From Gemmatimonadota bacterium (GTDB lineage Bacteria > Gemmatimonadota > Gemmatimonadetes > Palauibacterales > Palauibacteraceae), in the NCBI GenBank assembly GCA_965116475.1, contig OZ220691.1, positions 1,696,001 through 1,760,000 on the forward strand: a stretch of DNA of 64,000 nucleotides, read 5' to 3'. How positions within the stretch are numbered: position 1 is the first letter of the stretch; each line of letters starts with the position of its first letter. The translations under genes were made by a program, and so were the position numbers. The notes beneath the pieces were generated by a model that made no database searches, was not told where the DNA came from, and worked only from the letters and a program-made list of their open reading frames with translations. This document shows, in pieces, positions 41,897-50,642 of the stretch.

Positions 41897-42395
41897 AGGC
41901 GGGGGGTGGCTGGGCGTACGGCTTGAGGTAGGCGGCCGGGTCGGGAGCGGGCCCGGCGTCGCGTCGCCTTCCCTGCGGCGTCTGGCTCTCCAGGGTCGGC
42001 TGGGCGGCCGGCGCGGCGGACGCCACCTGCGCCGGACCGGAGCAGGTGAGGCAGATGCCGAGGCAGTCGCACGGTCCGTCCGAATGGGGATGCGACGGTG
42101 TCGCTGCGCCGGCGCCATCGGCGTGAGAGGACCCCTGGTGGCGGTCCGTATCGCCGCGGTCCGCATGGCCGTGGTCCGCGTGGCCGTGGTCCGCGTGCGT
42201 CCCGTGGAGAGCGACGGCCCGGGTCCCCGCCTCGTCGCCGTGCGTCGCCCGGTGCTTCGGACAGGGCTGAACGGCCGCGCCGGGCCCGATGCCGATGAGG
42301 AAGGCCGCGATGACGGCGTACAAATCCATGCGGACGCGTACGCGCCGCCCACGGGCGATGGCGATCCTCCGTCCCGGACGCTTTCGAGCCATCAT
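41895..42395 (-). CDS. DUF2946/CutF/CruR-like His-rich CxxC leader protein
   Basis: Basic N-terminus plus hydrophobic segment; HADHG repeats; CDCLGICLTC; C-terminal PYAQPPPA. ATG 42395 overlaps the PDZ stop (alternative start 42329). Confidence 0.7.
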   Translation of the reverse strand: MMARKRPGRRIAIARGRRVRVRMDLYAVIAAFLIGIGPGAAVQPCPKHRATHGDEAGTRAVALHGTHADHGHADHGHADRGDTDRHQGSSHADGAGAATPSHPHSDGPCDCLGICLTCSGPAQVASAAPAAQPTLESQTPQGRRRDAGPAPDPAAYLKPYAQPPPA

Positions 42396-43501
42396 CGCCG
42401 GGGCCAGACCCCGCTCATCTCTTCGCCTCTCCGAACCCACACCACTCCGAGACCCTCGCTCTCCTCCGACTCGAGCGCGACGACGAGGTCGTCCAGTTCG
42501 CGGATCGGACGCTCGCCCGCTCTCACGAGGAGATCTCCCGGCCGGAGCCCGAGGCGGTCGGTGACCGTCCCTCTCGCAACCCTGAGCACGAGCAGGCCGT
42601 CGAGGGCGGGGCGGTCGGAAAAGTCGCGCACGGGCTCGAACTCGGCCCCCGCGAACGTGCGGTGGAAGCGGACGGCGAGTTCGGTTTCCGTCAATGCCAG
42701 TTGAGCGATGCGAATCGCGCGGCGCCGAAACTCCATCGGCGAGAGGCGGGCCCGTACCGCTCCGACACGTTCGAGCGCGACGGCGAAGTTTCGATAGGCC
42801 GATTCCGACTCCCGCTGCAGGTCGCTCAGCACTTCCCGGCGGACCGCCGGCAACTCCGAGGCGGGGCGGTCCCGCACCGGCAGAATGTTGAGCCGGCCGT
42901 CGACGACGCGCACGGCGGAGGGCTCCACGGCCACGCCGATGTCCTCCGTATCGCGGACGGTGAGAGCGAATCCGGGGCGGTCGCCATCCGCCGGATCCGT
43001 CAGCCAGAGCACGAACATGTTCCGCTGCGGGTCCCCGGCGGTCGCCACCACCGTCCGGCGGCCCACCATCGGAAGGTCGTCCGCATCCGCCGGCCGGACG
43101 TCCGGAATCACTTCAAAGGCCTGGCGCAGTCCGTCTCGAGTCACTTCCAGCCGAACGGGAACGCTCGGGCGGATGGACGCGAGCCTGTCCGGCAGGTTCG
43201 CGAGCGTGAGTTCCACGCCGTCCATCGCCGCGAGTCGGTCGCCGGCGCGGAGCCCCGCCCGCTCCGCCGGCCCCCCTTCCTGCATCTCGCGAATCCGGAG
43301 AATGAGCGTGCAGTTCTTCCAGTCTTCCGAAGTCTCCCAGCCGCAGTTGTAGCGTTCGTCGATCCGCACCCCGATCCAGCCGGCGGATTCCGCCGTCCCG
43401 GCCTCCTGCGCGGCGCCGGCGAGGACGGCGAACGGCAGGGCGGCCAGAGCCAGGGCCGAGGCAAGCAGCGCGCGCGGAGACCGCGGGAGGGGCCGGGTCA
43501 C
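42392..43501 (-). CDS. Exported PDZ-domain protein (two PDZ-like domains)
   Basis: Signal peptide; GWIGV...GGPAERAGLRAGD; second GLLVLRV...LGLRPGDLL; no protease triad seen. Confidence 0.8.
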   Translation of the reverse strand: MTRPLPRSPRALLASALALAALPFAVLAGAAQEAGTAESAGWIGVRIDERYNCGWETSEDWKNCTLILRIREMQEGGPAERAGLRAGDRLAAMDGVELTLANLPDRLASIRPSVPVRLEVTRDGLRQAFEVIPDVRPADADDLPMVGRRTVVATAGDPQRNMFVLWLTDPADGDRPGFALTVRDTEDIGVAVEPSAVRVVDGRLNILPVRDRPASELPAVRREVLSDLQRESESAYRNFAVALERVGAVRARLSPMEFRRRAIRIAQLALTETELAVRFHRTFAGAEFEPVRDFSDRPALDGLLVLRVARGTVTDRLGLRPGDLLVRAGERPIRELDDLVVALESEESEGLGVVWVRRGEEMSGVWPRR

Positions 43502-44184
43502 CAGGTTCGCGTCCCGTTCGCGCGGCCGAGATCCTCCGCGAGCCGATCGCGCATCTCCACGAGTTCCAGCAGATAGGCGCTGGCGAAGGGATCGTCGGGA
43601 TAGGTCTCGAGGCGGTCGCGCAGGGCGCGGATCGACCCTTCGAGCCTCGCCAGCCTCTGCGCCATCTCCAGGGGATCTTCCCCCCTCAGCCCTTCCGAAG
43701 CGGGACCCGTCCCACCCTCTCCGACCTGTCGGAGCGGCGACCGCAGCGACTCCATCCGGCTGAGCCCGTCCACGAGGGCGCGACCGTCATCGGTGGAGAC
43801 GACGGCCGGGAGATCCGCGGCCGGCGGGTTCGCGGACCGGCCGCCCGTGAACTGCAGGCCGGCGATCACGCCGCCGGCGAACAACGTGAGGGCGGCGGCG
43901 GCCTGGAGCGGTCCCCGGACGAAGAGACGGCCGACGAGGCCTCCTCCGACCCGGCGGACGCCGGCACGCGTCGCGCCGGCATCGAGCGCGGCTTCGATAG
44001 CGGCCCACTGTCCCGCGGGCGCCTTCTCATCCGGAAGCGCGGACAGCGCCATGCGCATCCGGCTCAACCGCTCGAACTCCGCCTGGCACTCGCCGCATGT
44101 CGCGAGGTGGGCCCGGCAGTCCCCGTCCGCCCACGGCTCGTCGAGCAGTGCCGAGATTCGCTCGGCATCCATGTGGTTCGCCAT
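43498..44184 (-). CDS. Zinc-binding (ZAS) transmembrane anti-sigma factor
   Basis: HLATCGEC (Hx3Cx2C) motif and a single TM; directly downstream of the ECF sigma. Confidence 0.85.
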   Translation of the reverse strand: MANHMDAERISALLDEPWADGDCRAHLATCGECQAEFERLSRMRMALSALPDEKAPAGQWAAIEAALDAGATRAGVRRVGGGLVGRLFVRGPLQAAAALTLFAGGVIAGLQFTGGRSANPPAADLPAVVSTDDGRALVDGLSRMESLRSPLRQVGEGGTGPASEGLRGEDPLEMAQRLARLEGSIRALRDRLETYPDDPFASAYLLELVEMRDRLAEDLGRANGTRTW

Positions 44185-44198
44185 CTCTTCTATCCCTC

Positions 44199-44756
44199 TC
44201 AGAGGCCCGCTTCGCCACGCGCACCGCCGTTCCCGGAATCTTCCGGAGCGATGAGCTTCCGCATGCGCGCCCGCGCCTTGTGCAACTGCGATTTCGACGT
44301 GCCGGGCGCACACCCCAGCTCCTCGGCGATGTCGTTGTGCGTCCAGCCCTCCACGTCGTGCAGCACGAGGACTCTCCGGTACCCCGGCGGCAACTGGTCC
44401 AGCGCCTGGGTCAGGACCCGCCGCGTAACGATCACGTCGTCGTGCGCCCGCGCCACGCGCGGGAGCTCCGCGGCGGACTCCACCGGCCGCCGCTTCGACG
44501 ACCGGCGCAGCCGGTTGAGCGCCACGTTCGTCGCCAGCCGGTAGAGCCACGTGCCGAAGGCCGCATCGCCGCGAAAGAGGTGGAGCTTCTCGAACGCACG
44601 GATCCACGCTTCCTGGGAGAGGTCCTCCGCGAGGTGATCGTCGCCCACGAGGCGGCGAATCACGGTGTAGACGCGCCGCGCATGGAGTTCGTACAACTCT
44701 CCCATCGCGGATCGCTCTCCCGCCTTCGCGCAGGCGATCAGGTCGCGTTCTTCCAC
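44199..44756 (-). CDS. ECF RNA polymerase sigma factor
   Basis: AEDLSQEAWIRAF, FGTWLYRLATN, HDVEGWTHNDIAEELG..PGTSKSQLHKAR. Confidence 0.95.
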   Translation of the reverse strand: MEERDLIACAKAGERSAMGELYELHARRVYTVIRRLVGDDHLAEDLSQEAWIRAFEKLHLFRGDAAFGTWLYRLATNVALNRLRRSSKRRPVESAAELPRVARAHDDVIVTRRVLTQALDQLPPGYRRVLVLHDVEGWTHNDIAEELGCAPGTSKSQLHKARARMRKLIAPEDSGNGGARGEAGL

Positions 44757-44795
44757 GTCATCCCTCTGCAGGTCACCTTCCGGATCCACCGCTTT

Positions 44796-44821
44796 GATGC
44801 GCGGTTCAGGCGGCGGGTTGC
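44796..44821 (-). promoter_or_regulatory. Putative autoregulatory ECF promoter GCAACC-N16-CATC
   Basis: About 40 nt upstream of the sigma start; same geometry as the motifs at 11356-11439. Confidence 0.5.
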
Positions 44822-45693
44822 CCGCCCTCGGGTGCTCCGGCGTCCCCGGCCCGGGATTCGGTCGCCCGCAGTACGGCGCAGACCAGCAGCCCGAGCAGGA
44901 TGCCCGCGAGGGCGTCGGCCGCATAGTGGAAGCGACCGTACACCGTCCCCGCCGTCAACGCGAGTTCCGGGACGATGAGGAGCCAGAACCAGCGTCGATC
45001 CTCGCGTCCGGCGGCTACGACCGCGGCCAGGGAGGCGGCGATGTGGGAACTGGGGAAAGCCGTGCCCTTCGACGATCCGGCCTCCAGGATCCCGTGCACG
45101 ATCCCGAACAGCGTCCCCTCGCCGATCGCGCCGCCGATCTGCGCGAACTCGTAGCGGGGGCCCGCGACCGGGAAGAACATGAAGATGAGATAGGAGACGA
45201 AGAAGGCGGCGGCCACGGCGAGGGCGGTGCGCTGCAGGGCCTCGACCCCCCGCGTCGCGAACACGCCCAGGATGGCGGCGGGGATGACGGCGTAGTAGGC
45301 GAAGTAGCCCAGGTGCAACACCTCGGAGAAGGGGAGCCAGGGGAGCGACGCGCTGAGGCCGATGCTCGGCTGTCCGCCGAACATGGCGGCATCCCACGCC
45401 TGCACCGTGGCGTCGAAGTACCGCTGCGTGAGAAAGCGGTTGAGGACCGCGAGTTCCGCATAGAGGAGGGGCGTGAGGAGCACGGCGTACGCCGCCCTCG
45501 CGATCGCGGCGAGGCCGGCGCGGGGGTGCCAGGCCGCAAGTCGCGTGATCCCGAACACGGCGATCGCGTGGGCCGCGGCGATGCCCGCGCCGGGCAGGCC
45601 GCCGAACGCCAGCGAAACGAGGCCCGTGCAACCGAAGTAGCCGATGGCGACGCGATCGACGGGCAGGAGCCCTCCGCTGCGGCCCACGCTCAC
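44806..45693 (-). CDS. PAP2-superfamily membrane protein, Aur1/IPC-synthase-like
   Basis: Multiple TMs; FPVAGPRY, AFPSSHIA, VYGRFHYAAD catalytic motifs; GTGA overlap with the upstream gene. Confidence 0.8.
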   Translation of the reverse strand: MSVGRSGGLLPVDRVAIGYFGCTGLVSLAFGGLPGAGIAAAHAIAVFGITRLAAWHPRAGLAAIARAAYAVLLTPLLYAELAVLNRFLTQRYFDATVQAWDAAMFGGQPSIGLSASLPWLPFSEVLHLGYFAYYAVIPAAILGVFATRGVEALQRTALAVAAAFFVSYLIFMFFPVAGPRYEFAQIGGAIGEGTLFGIVHGILEAGSSKGTAFPSSHIAASLAAVVAAGREDRRWFWLLIVPELALTAGTVYGRFHYAADALAGILLGLLVCAVLRATESRAGDAGAPEGGQPAA

Positions 45694-46643
45694 AGCCAGC
45701 CCATGCGGCGATACCAGTCGGCGGTGCGCGCGAGCCCTTCTTCGATACCGACGCGCGGGCGCCAGGGGTCGAGATGCTTGCGGCTCGACTCGATGTCGCA
45801 CGTCCACGCGTATGCGGACAGATCCCGCGCGCGCCTCCGGTCGAAGGCCGGAGCGTTGCCCGTCAGGCGGCCCGCGAGTTCCGACAGCGCCCCGGCGGCG
45901 AGGAAGAGCGCGGACGGCACCCGCAGAACCCGGCCGGGGCGGCCCACGGCGGCCATCAGCCCGCGCGCCACCGCCGGCCAGGTACGGCGTTCCGCGCCGG
46001 CGACGGGAAGCGGGCGCGGCGCCGGCGGCGCCTCGAGGGCGGCGAGGACGGCCGAGACGACATCGGCGACGTACACCGGCTGCAGGGGCGCGTCGTTGCG
46101 CGGAATCGCGGTCCACCCTCGCGCCGCCAGCCGGAAGAGCGGCAGCAGGTCGGAGTCCCGCGGGCCGTAGACGCCGCCCGGCCTGAGCACGGCGATCTCC
46201 ATCGGCCCGCGGACGGAGGCGAGCGCCGCCTCGGCCCTGGCCTTCGAGCGACCGTACGGGCTCACGGGTCCGGCCGCGCCGTCGGGTCCGCGGGCCGCGA
46301 GGCTGCTGATGAAGACGAACCGTCGCACCCCCGCCTTCGCCGCCGCCCGTGCGAGCCTCCGCGTGCCGGCGGCGTTCACGGCCATGAACTCCGACTCGCT
46401 GCGCGCCCGCGTGAGCGCGCCGCAGTGCACGATGGCGGCGCAGCCCTCGAGTGCCGCGGCCGCTTCTCTCCTGTCCTCCAGCCCGAGGTCGAGTTCGATC
46501 TTCCTCAACTCGAGGCGGTCGAGACGACGCGTGTCGCTCGTTCGCCGCACGCTCGCGGTGACCCGATGTCCGGCCGCGACGAGGGCCTCGGCGAGATGGC
46601 CGCCGAGGAAACCGCTTCCCCCCGTGAGAAGGACCGATGCCAC
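45690..46643 (-). CDS. NAD(P)-dependent extended SDR, candidate ceramide reductase (CerR-like)
   Basis: TGGSGFLG, FVFISSLAA, YGRSK, LRPGGVYGPRD; coupled to the GNAT gene. Confidence 0.8.
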   Translation of the reverse strand: MASVLLTGGSGFLGGHLAEALVAAGHRVTASVRRTSDTRRLDRLELRKIELDLGLEDRREAAAALEGCAAIVHCGALTRARSESEFMAVNAAGTRRLARAAAKAGVRRFVFISSLAARGPDGAAGPVSPYGRSKARAEAALASVRGPMEIAVLRPGGVYGPRDSDLLPLFRLAARGWTAIPRNDAPLQPVYVADVVSAVLAALEAPPAPRPLPVAGAERRTWPAVARGLMAAVGRPGRVLRVPSALFLAAGALSELAGRLTGNAPAFDRRRARDLSAYAWTCDIESSRKHLDPWRPRVGIEEGLARTADWYRRMGWL

Positions 46644-47773
46644 TAAAGGGCCGCTTCGTACAGCCGGTAGGTCCGGTAGACCCTGCCGCCGAGACGCTCG
46701 ATGGCCTGGTTCATCTTCTGGTTGTCCTCGAGAATCCAGGACTGCTCGGCCGACGTCATCCCGGCGGCGATCCCCTTCCTGAACAGCCAGAGGTAGAGGA
46801 GGACATCGACGGCCTTGCCGCGCCATTCCTCGGCAAGCCCCAGGATGATCACGCGCATGCAGGTGATTCTTCGCCGGTAGATGAGCGCCTTGAGAATCCC
46901 GAACGGAAACAGCCGCCCGTTCATGCGGCGCAGCACCTGGTTGAAGTCCGGGAGAGCGAGGGCGAAGCCGGCGGTCTCGCCCTCCGGCGTCTCGGCGAAG
47001 AGGGCAAGTTCGGGGTCCAGGATGGGCTTGAGTTCGGCCGCCATGTGATCCATCTCGGCCTCGGTCATGGGGACGAAACCCCAGTTCTTCTCCCAGGCCG
47101 CGTTGTACAGGCGCTGGACGCGGCCGAGTTCTTCGTCGAATCGCGCCATGTCGAGCGTCTTGATCCGGATGCCGTACCTGCGGGTCACCACCTTTTCGGC
47201 GCGGAAGAGGTGCGGCGGCCAGTCGCCCTTCTTCATGAGCCAGGCGAAGAGATCCTTGGCCTTCCGCAGCCCCGCAGCCTCCATCAGCGCGGGATAGTAC
47301 GGCGGGTTGTAGGCCATGAGGACGACCGGCGGCCCGGGATCTCCGTCTATAAGCAGGCCGCAGGTCTCGTTGGTCGAGAAGCTGGCGGGACCCCGCATCG
47401 CGGTGAGTCCGCGTTCCCGGAGCCAGGCCCGCACCGCGTCGAGCAGCGCCCCGGCCACCTCCCGGTCGTCAACGCACTCGAACCAGCCGAAGAACCCCAC
47501 GGATTCGTCGTGCGTCCGCTCGTGATTCCGGTTCCGGATCGCGCAGATCCGGCCCACGGCCCGGCCATCGCGCAGCGCGAGGTAGGGCTGGACCTCGGAG
47601 TGCAGGTGAAACGGGTGTTTCGCCGGATCGAACGCCGCCCGGACATCTCGCTTCAGCGGGGGCACCCAGTCGGGATCGCCCCGATAGATGGACCACGGCA
47701 GGTCGATGAAGCGCTTCAGATCGGCGCGGCTCTCGACGGGGACGACGCGCACGGAGGAGGCGAGACTCGTCAT
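46643..47773 (-). CDS. GNAT-fold protein, candidate bacterial ceramide synthase (bCerS/YghO-like)
   Basis: FIDLPWSIY..DP.WVPPL, VGRI.A, GFFGWFE, MRGP, MAYNPPYY, WEKNWGFVPMT, ALPDFN, SWILEDN. Confidence 0.8.
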   Translation of the reverse strand: MTSLASSVRVVPVESRADLKRFIDLPWSIYRGDPDWVPPLKRDVRAAFDPAKHPFHLHSEVQPYLALRDGRAVGRICAIRNRNHERTHDESVGFFGWFECVDDREVAGALLDAVRAWLRERGLTAMRGPASFSTNETCGLLIDGDPGPPVVLMAYNPPYYPALMEAAGLRKAKDLFAWLMKKGDWPPHLFRAEKVVTRRYGIRIKTLDMARFDEELGRVQRLYNAAWEKNWGFVPMTEAEMDHMAAELKPILDPELALFAETPEGETAGFALALPDFNQVLRRMNGRLFPFGILKALIYRRRITCMRVIILGLAEEWRGKAVDVLLYLWLFRKGIAAGMTSAEQSWILEDNQKMNQAIERLGGRVYRTYRLYEAAL

Positions 47774-47789
47774 GGTGGAAGGCGCCGGT

Positions 47790-48992
47790 TCAGACGACGC
47801 CGAGCTTCTTCCCCACGCGCTCCACCTGCTCGAGCACGAAATCGAGGTCGTCGTCCGAGTGCGTGGCCATGTAGCTGGTCCGCAGGCGGCAACTCCCCTC
47901 GGGAACCGCGGGGGGGACGACCGGGTTGGTGAACACGCCCGCTTCGAACAGGGCGCGCCAGAACACGAAGGTCTTCTCCATGGGCCCGATGAGAATGGGG
48001 ACGATCGGGGTCTCGGTCGGCCCGATGTCGAACCCGATCGACTTGAAGCCCTCCATCATCCTGTACGTGTTCTTCCAGAGCTGCTCGCGGCGCTCCGGCT
48101 CATCGCGGATGATCTCCAGCGCCTTCAGCACGGTGGCGGCGGAGGCGGGAGGCATGCTCGCGCTGAACATGAGGGCGCGGGCGTTGTGCTGGAGGTAGTC
48201 GATGACGTCGGCGCGGCCCGCCACGAAGCCACCGATCGAGGCGAAGGACTTGGAGAACGTGCCGAGGATCAGGTCCACCTCATCGGTGAGCCCCCAGTGC
48301 TCGGCGGTCCCGGCCCCGGTCTCGCCCAGAACGCCCACCGCGTGCGCGTCATCCACGAGGATGGCGGCGTCGTACTCTCGCCTCAGTTCGACCAGGGTGG
48401 GCAGATCGGCGATGTCGCCTTCCATGCTGTACACGCCGTCCACCGCGATGAGCTTTCCGCGCGAGGGCGCCTCCGCCTCGAGCATGCGGCGCAGCGTCGC
48501 GAAGTCGTTGTGGTTGAAGCGGCGCGTGCGGCCGAGCCCCAGGCGTACACCGTCCTGGAGGCTGGCGTGGTCCAGCTTGTCGATGTAGACCGTGTCCGCG
48601 CGACCGATCAACGCGCCGAGCGTGCCCAGATTCGTCTGGTAGCCCGTCGAGAATACGAGCGCGGCCTCCATGCCGGTGAAGTCGGCGAGTTCGTCCTCGA
48701 GTTGCTCGTGAAGATCGAGGTTGCCGTTGAGGAAGCGGCTGCCCGTATTGCCGCTGCCGAACTTGTTGAGGGCGTCGCGGGCCGCCTCGAGGACGCGCGG
48801 ATCGTGGGTGAGTCCCATGTAATTGTTGGAGCCCACCATGATCTTGCGGGCGCCGTCGATGACGACCCACGTGTCGTGAGAGGCCTCGATCGGCATGAAG
48901 TACGGATAGAGACCGGCCTCGCGGAGGTTGTGCACGGTCGCTAGTTCACGACACTTGGCAAGGATCGAAGGCGGCTGGACGCGGCTTTTCAT
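47790..48992 (-). CDS. spt: Alpha-oxoamine synthase, most likely serine palmitoyltransferase
   Basis: GLYPYF, GSNNYMGLT, GSRFLNG, DGVYSMEGD, VDDAH, PLP lysine GTFSKS; operon context. Confidence 0.8.
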   Translation of the reverse strand: MKSRVQPPSILAKCRELATVHNLREAGLYPYFMPIEASHDTWVVIDGARKIMVGSNNYMGLTHDPRVLEAARDALNKFGSGNTGSRFLNGNLDLHEQLEDELADFTGMEAALVFSTGYQTNLGTLGALIGRADTVYIDKLDHASLQDGVRLGLGRTRRFNHNDFATLRRMLEAEAPSRGKLIAVDGVYSMEGDIADLPTLVELRREYDAAILVDDAHAVGVLGETGAGTAEHWGLTDEVDLILGTFSKSFASIGGFVAGRADVIDYLQHNARALMFSASMPPASAATVLKALEIIRDEPERREQLWKNTYRMMEGFKSIGFDIGPTETPIVPILIGPMEKTFVFWRALFEAGVFTNPVVPPAVPEGSCRLRTSYMATHSDDDLDFVLEQVERVGKKLGVV

Positions 48993-49129
48993 TGAGCCCG
49001 ACCGGGTCACCGCAGCTTGGGATGTAGGATTCTGCACGAAGCGAAGCTAAGCGCGAATCGGGACGCCCGGCAAGGAAAAACGGCCGTCCCGGCCCGTTGA
49101 ATCGATCACCCTCCACGGGGAGCAGGAAC

Positions 49130-50602
49130 GTGGTTCGAAACCGGACGTTCGACATCGTAGCCATCGGCGGGGGTACGGCGGGTCTTGTGACGGCGGCCGG
49201 AAGCGCGGGGCTGGGCGCAAGCGTGGCCCTGGTCGAGCGCGACCGCCTTGGCGGCGACTGCCTGTGGACGGGATGCGTACCGTCCAAGGCCCTCATCGGC
49301 TCGGCCCGCGTGGCCCGGCACGTTCGCGACGCGACCTCGTTCGGACTCGGGGTCCCGCGGCAGGAGATCGAAGCGGACGGCGTGCTGTCGAGCGTCCGCG
49401 AGGTCCGCGCGCAGATCGAGCCGCACGACGATCCGGAGCGTTTTCGCGCCATGGGCGTCGATGTCGTCGAGGGAGAGGCGCGCTTCGTGTCGCCGCACGA
49501 AGTCGAGGTGGACGGCCGGCGCCTCCGCGCGCGGCGCTTCGTGATCGCCACCGGCTCGAGAGCCGCGGTGCCCCCCATCCCAGGGCTCGAGGAGGCGGGT
49601 TATTTCACGCACGCCGAGGCGTTCGACCGTGACACGATCCCCGCCTCGCTCGCGGTGGTGGGCGGCGGGCCGATCGGCGTCGAACTCGCCCAGGCGTATC
49701 GCCGTCTCGGGACCGAGGTCACGGTCGTCGAACTGCTCGACCGGCTCATGGTGCGCGAGGAACCCGAACTCGCGGACCTGCTGACGAGCAGGCTGCGCGA
49801 CGAGGGTATCCGTATCCGCACGGGCCGAGTCGTGACGCGGGTCGACCGCGCCGGGAACCGCCGGCGGGTGACGATCGCGCCTCCCGCCGCCGCGGAGGGG
49901 GGGACGAGCGGGGAGGAGGGGAGCGAGACGTTCGAAGTCGACGAGGTTCTCGTCGCCGCGGGGCGGGCGCCCAACACGGAGGGTCTGGGACTGGACGCCG
50001 CCGGGGTCGAGACCGCCGGGGGCTGGGTCACCGTCGACGCCAGGCTCCGCACTTCCCGCAAGCACATCTTCGCGGCGGGCGACGTGACCGGCGGGTTCCT
50101 GTTCACGCACGTCGCCGACCACGAAGCGCGCACCGTGGTCCAGAACGCGCTCTTTCCCGTGCGCGCCAACATCGACTATCGCGTGATCCCCTGGTGCACC
50201 TATACCGACCCCGAACTCGCGCACGTCGGCCTCACCGAAGCCGAGGCGCGAGATCGGCACGGGGCCTCGGTGTCCGCCCACGTCTACGACATTGGGAATC
50301 TCGACCGCGCGATCGCCGAACGCGCCGCCATGGGCCGGGTGAAGATCGTCGTCGGCAAGGGGGGCCGGATTCTCGGCGGACACATCCTGGCGCCCGACGC
50401 GGGGACGATGATCGCGGAGATCTCGCTCGCCATGAAGGCCGGGGTGAAGCTGGGGACGCTCGCGTCGCTGGTTCATCCGTATCCGACGATGAGCGAGGGC
50501 GTGAAGCGTACCGCCGACGCCTACCGCAGATCGACGCTGACGGGATGGAGGAAATCGGCCGTCGACCTCGCGCTCAGGATCGGGCGCGCGCTACCGCCCT
50601 GA
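49130..50602 (+). CDS. Pyridine nucleotide-disulfide oxidoreductase (Lpd/MerA-like)
   Basis: GGDCLWTGCVPSK, GGGPIGVE, HPYPTMSE; no C-terminal Cys-Cys. Confidence 0.88.
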   Translation: MVRNRTFDIVAIGGGTAGLVTAAGSAGLGASVALVERDRLGGDCLWTGCVPSKALIGSARVARHVRDATSFGLGVPRQEIEADGVLSSVREVRAQIEPHDDPERFRAMGVDVVEGEARFVSPHEVEVDGRRLRARRFVIATGSRAAVPPIPGLEEAGYFTHAEAFDRDTIPASLAVVGGGPIGVELAQAYRRLGTEVTVVELLDRLMVREEPELADLLTSRLRDEGIRIRTGRVVTRVDRAGNRRRVTIAPPAAAEGGTSGEEGSETFEVDEVLVAAGRAPNTEGLGLDAAGVETAGGWVTVDARLRTSRKHIFAAGDVTGGFLFTHVADHEARTVVQNALFPVRANIDYRVIPWCTYTDPELAHVGLTEAEARDRHGASVSAHVYDIGNLDRAIAERAAMGRVKIVVGKGGRILGGHILAPDAGTMIAEISLAMKAGVKLGTLASLVHPYPTMSEGVKRTADAYRRSTLTGWRKSAVDLALRIGRALPP

Positions 50603-50612
50603 ATACACCTCT

Positions 50613-50642
50613 GCCGACACTTCAGCCGACACTTCAGCCGAC
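50613..50642. repeat. 12-bp tandem repeat spanning the fdhD stop
   Basis: GCCGACACTTCA x2 plus GCCGAC. Confidence 0.8.

Noticed and set aside
47790..48992. BioF or Kbl assignment
   Set aside because: No bio or tdh neighbours; GLYPYF/GTFSKS pattern and bCerS/CerR-like neighbours favour Spt, though a phylogeny is still needed.
49130..50602. Mercuric reductase (merA) call
   Set aside because: No C-terminal Cys-Cys, no NmerA domain and no mer genes; it has an Lpd-like HPxxxxE motif.
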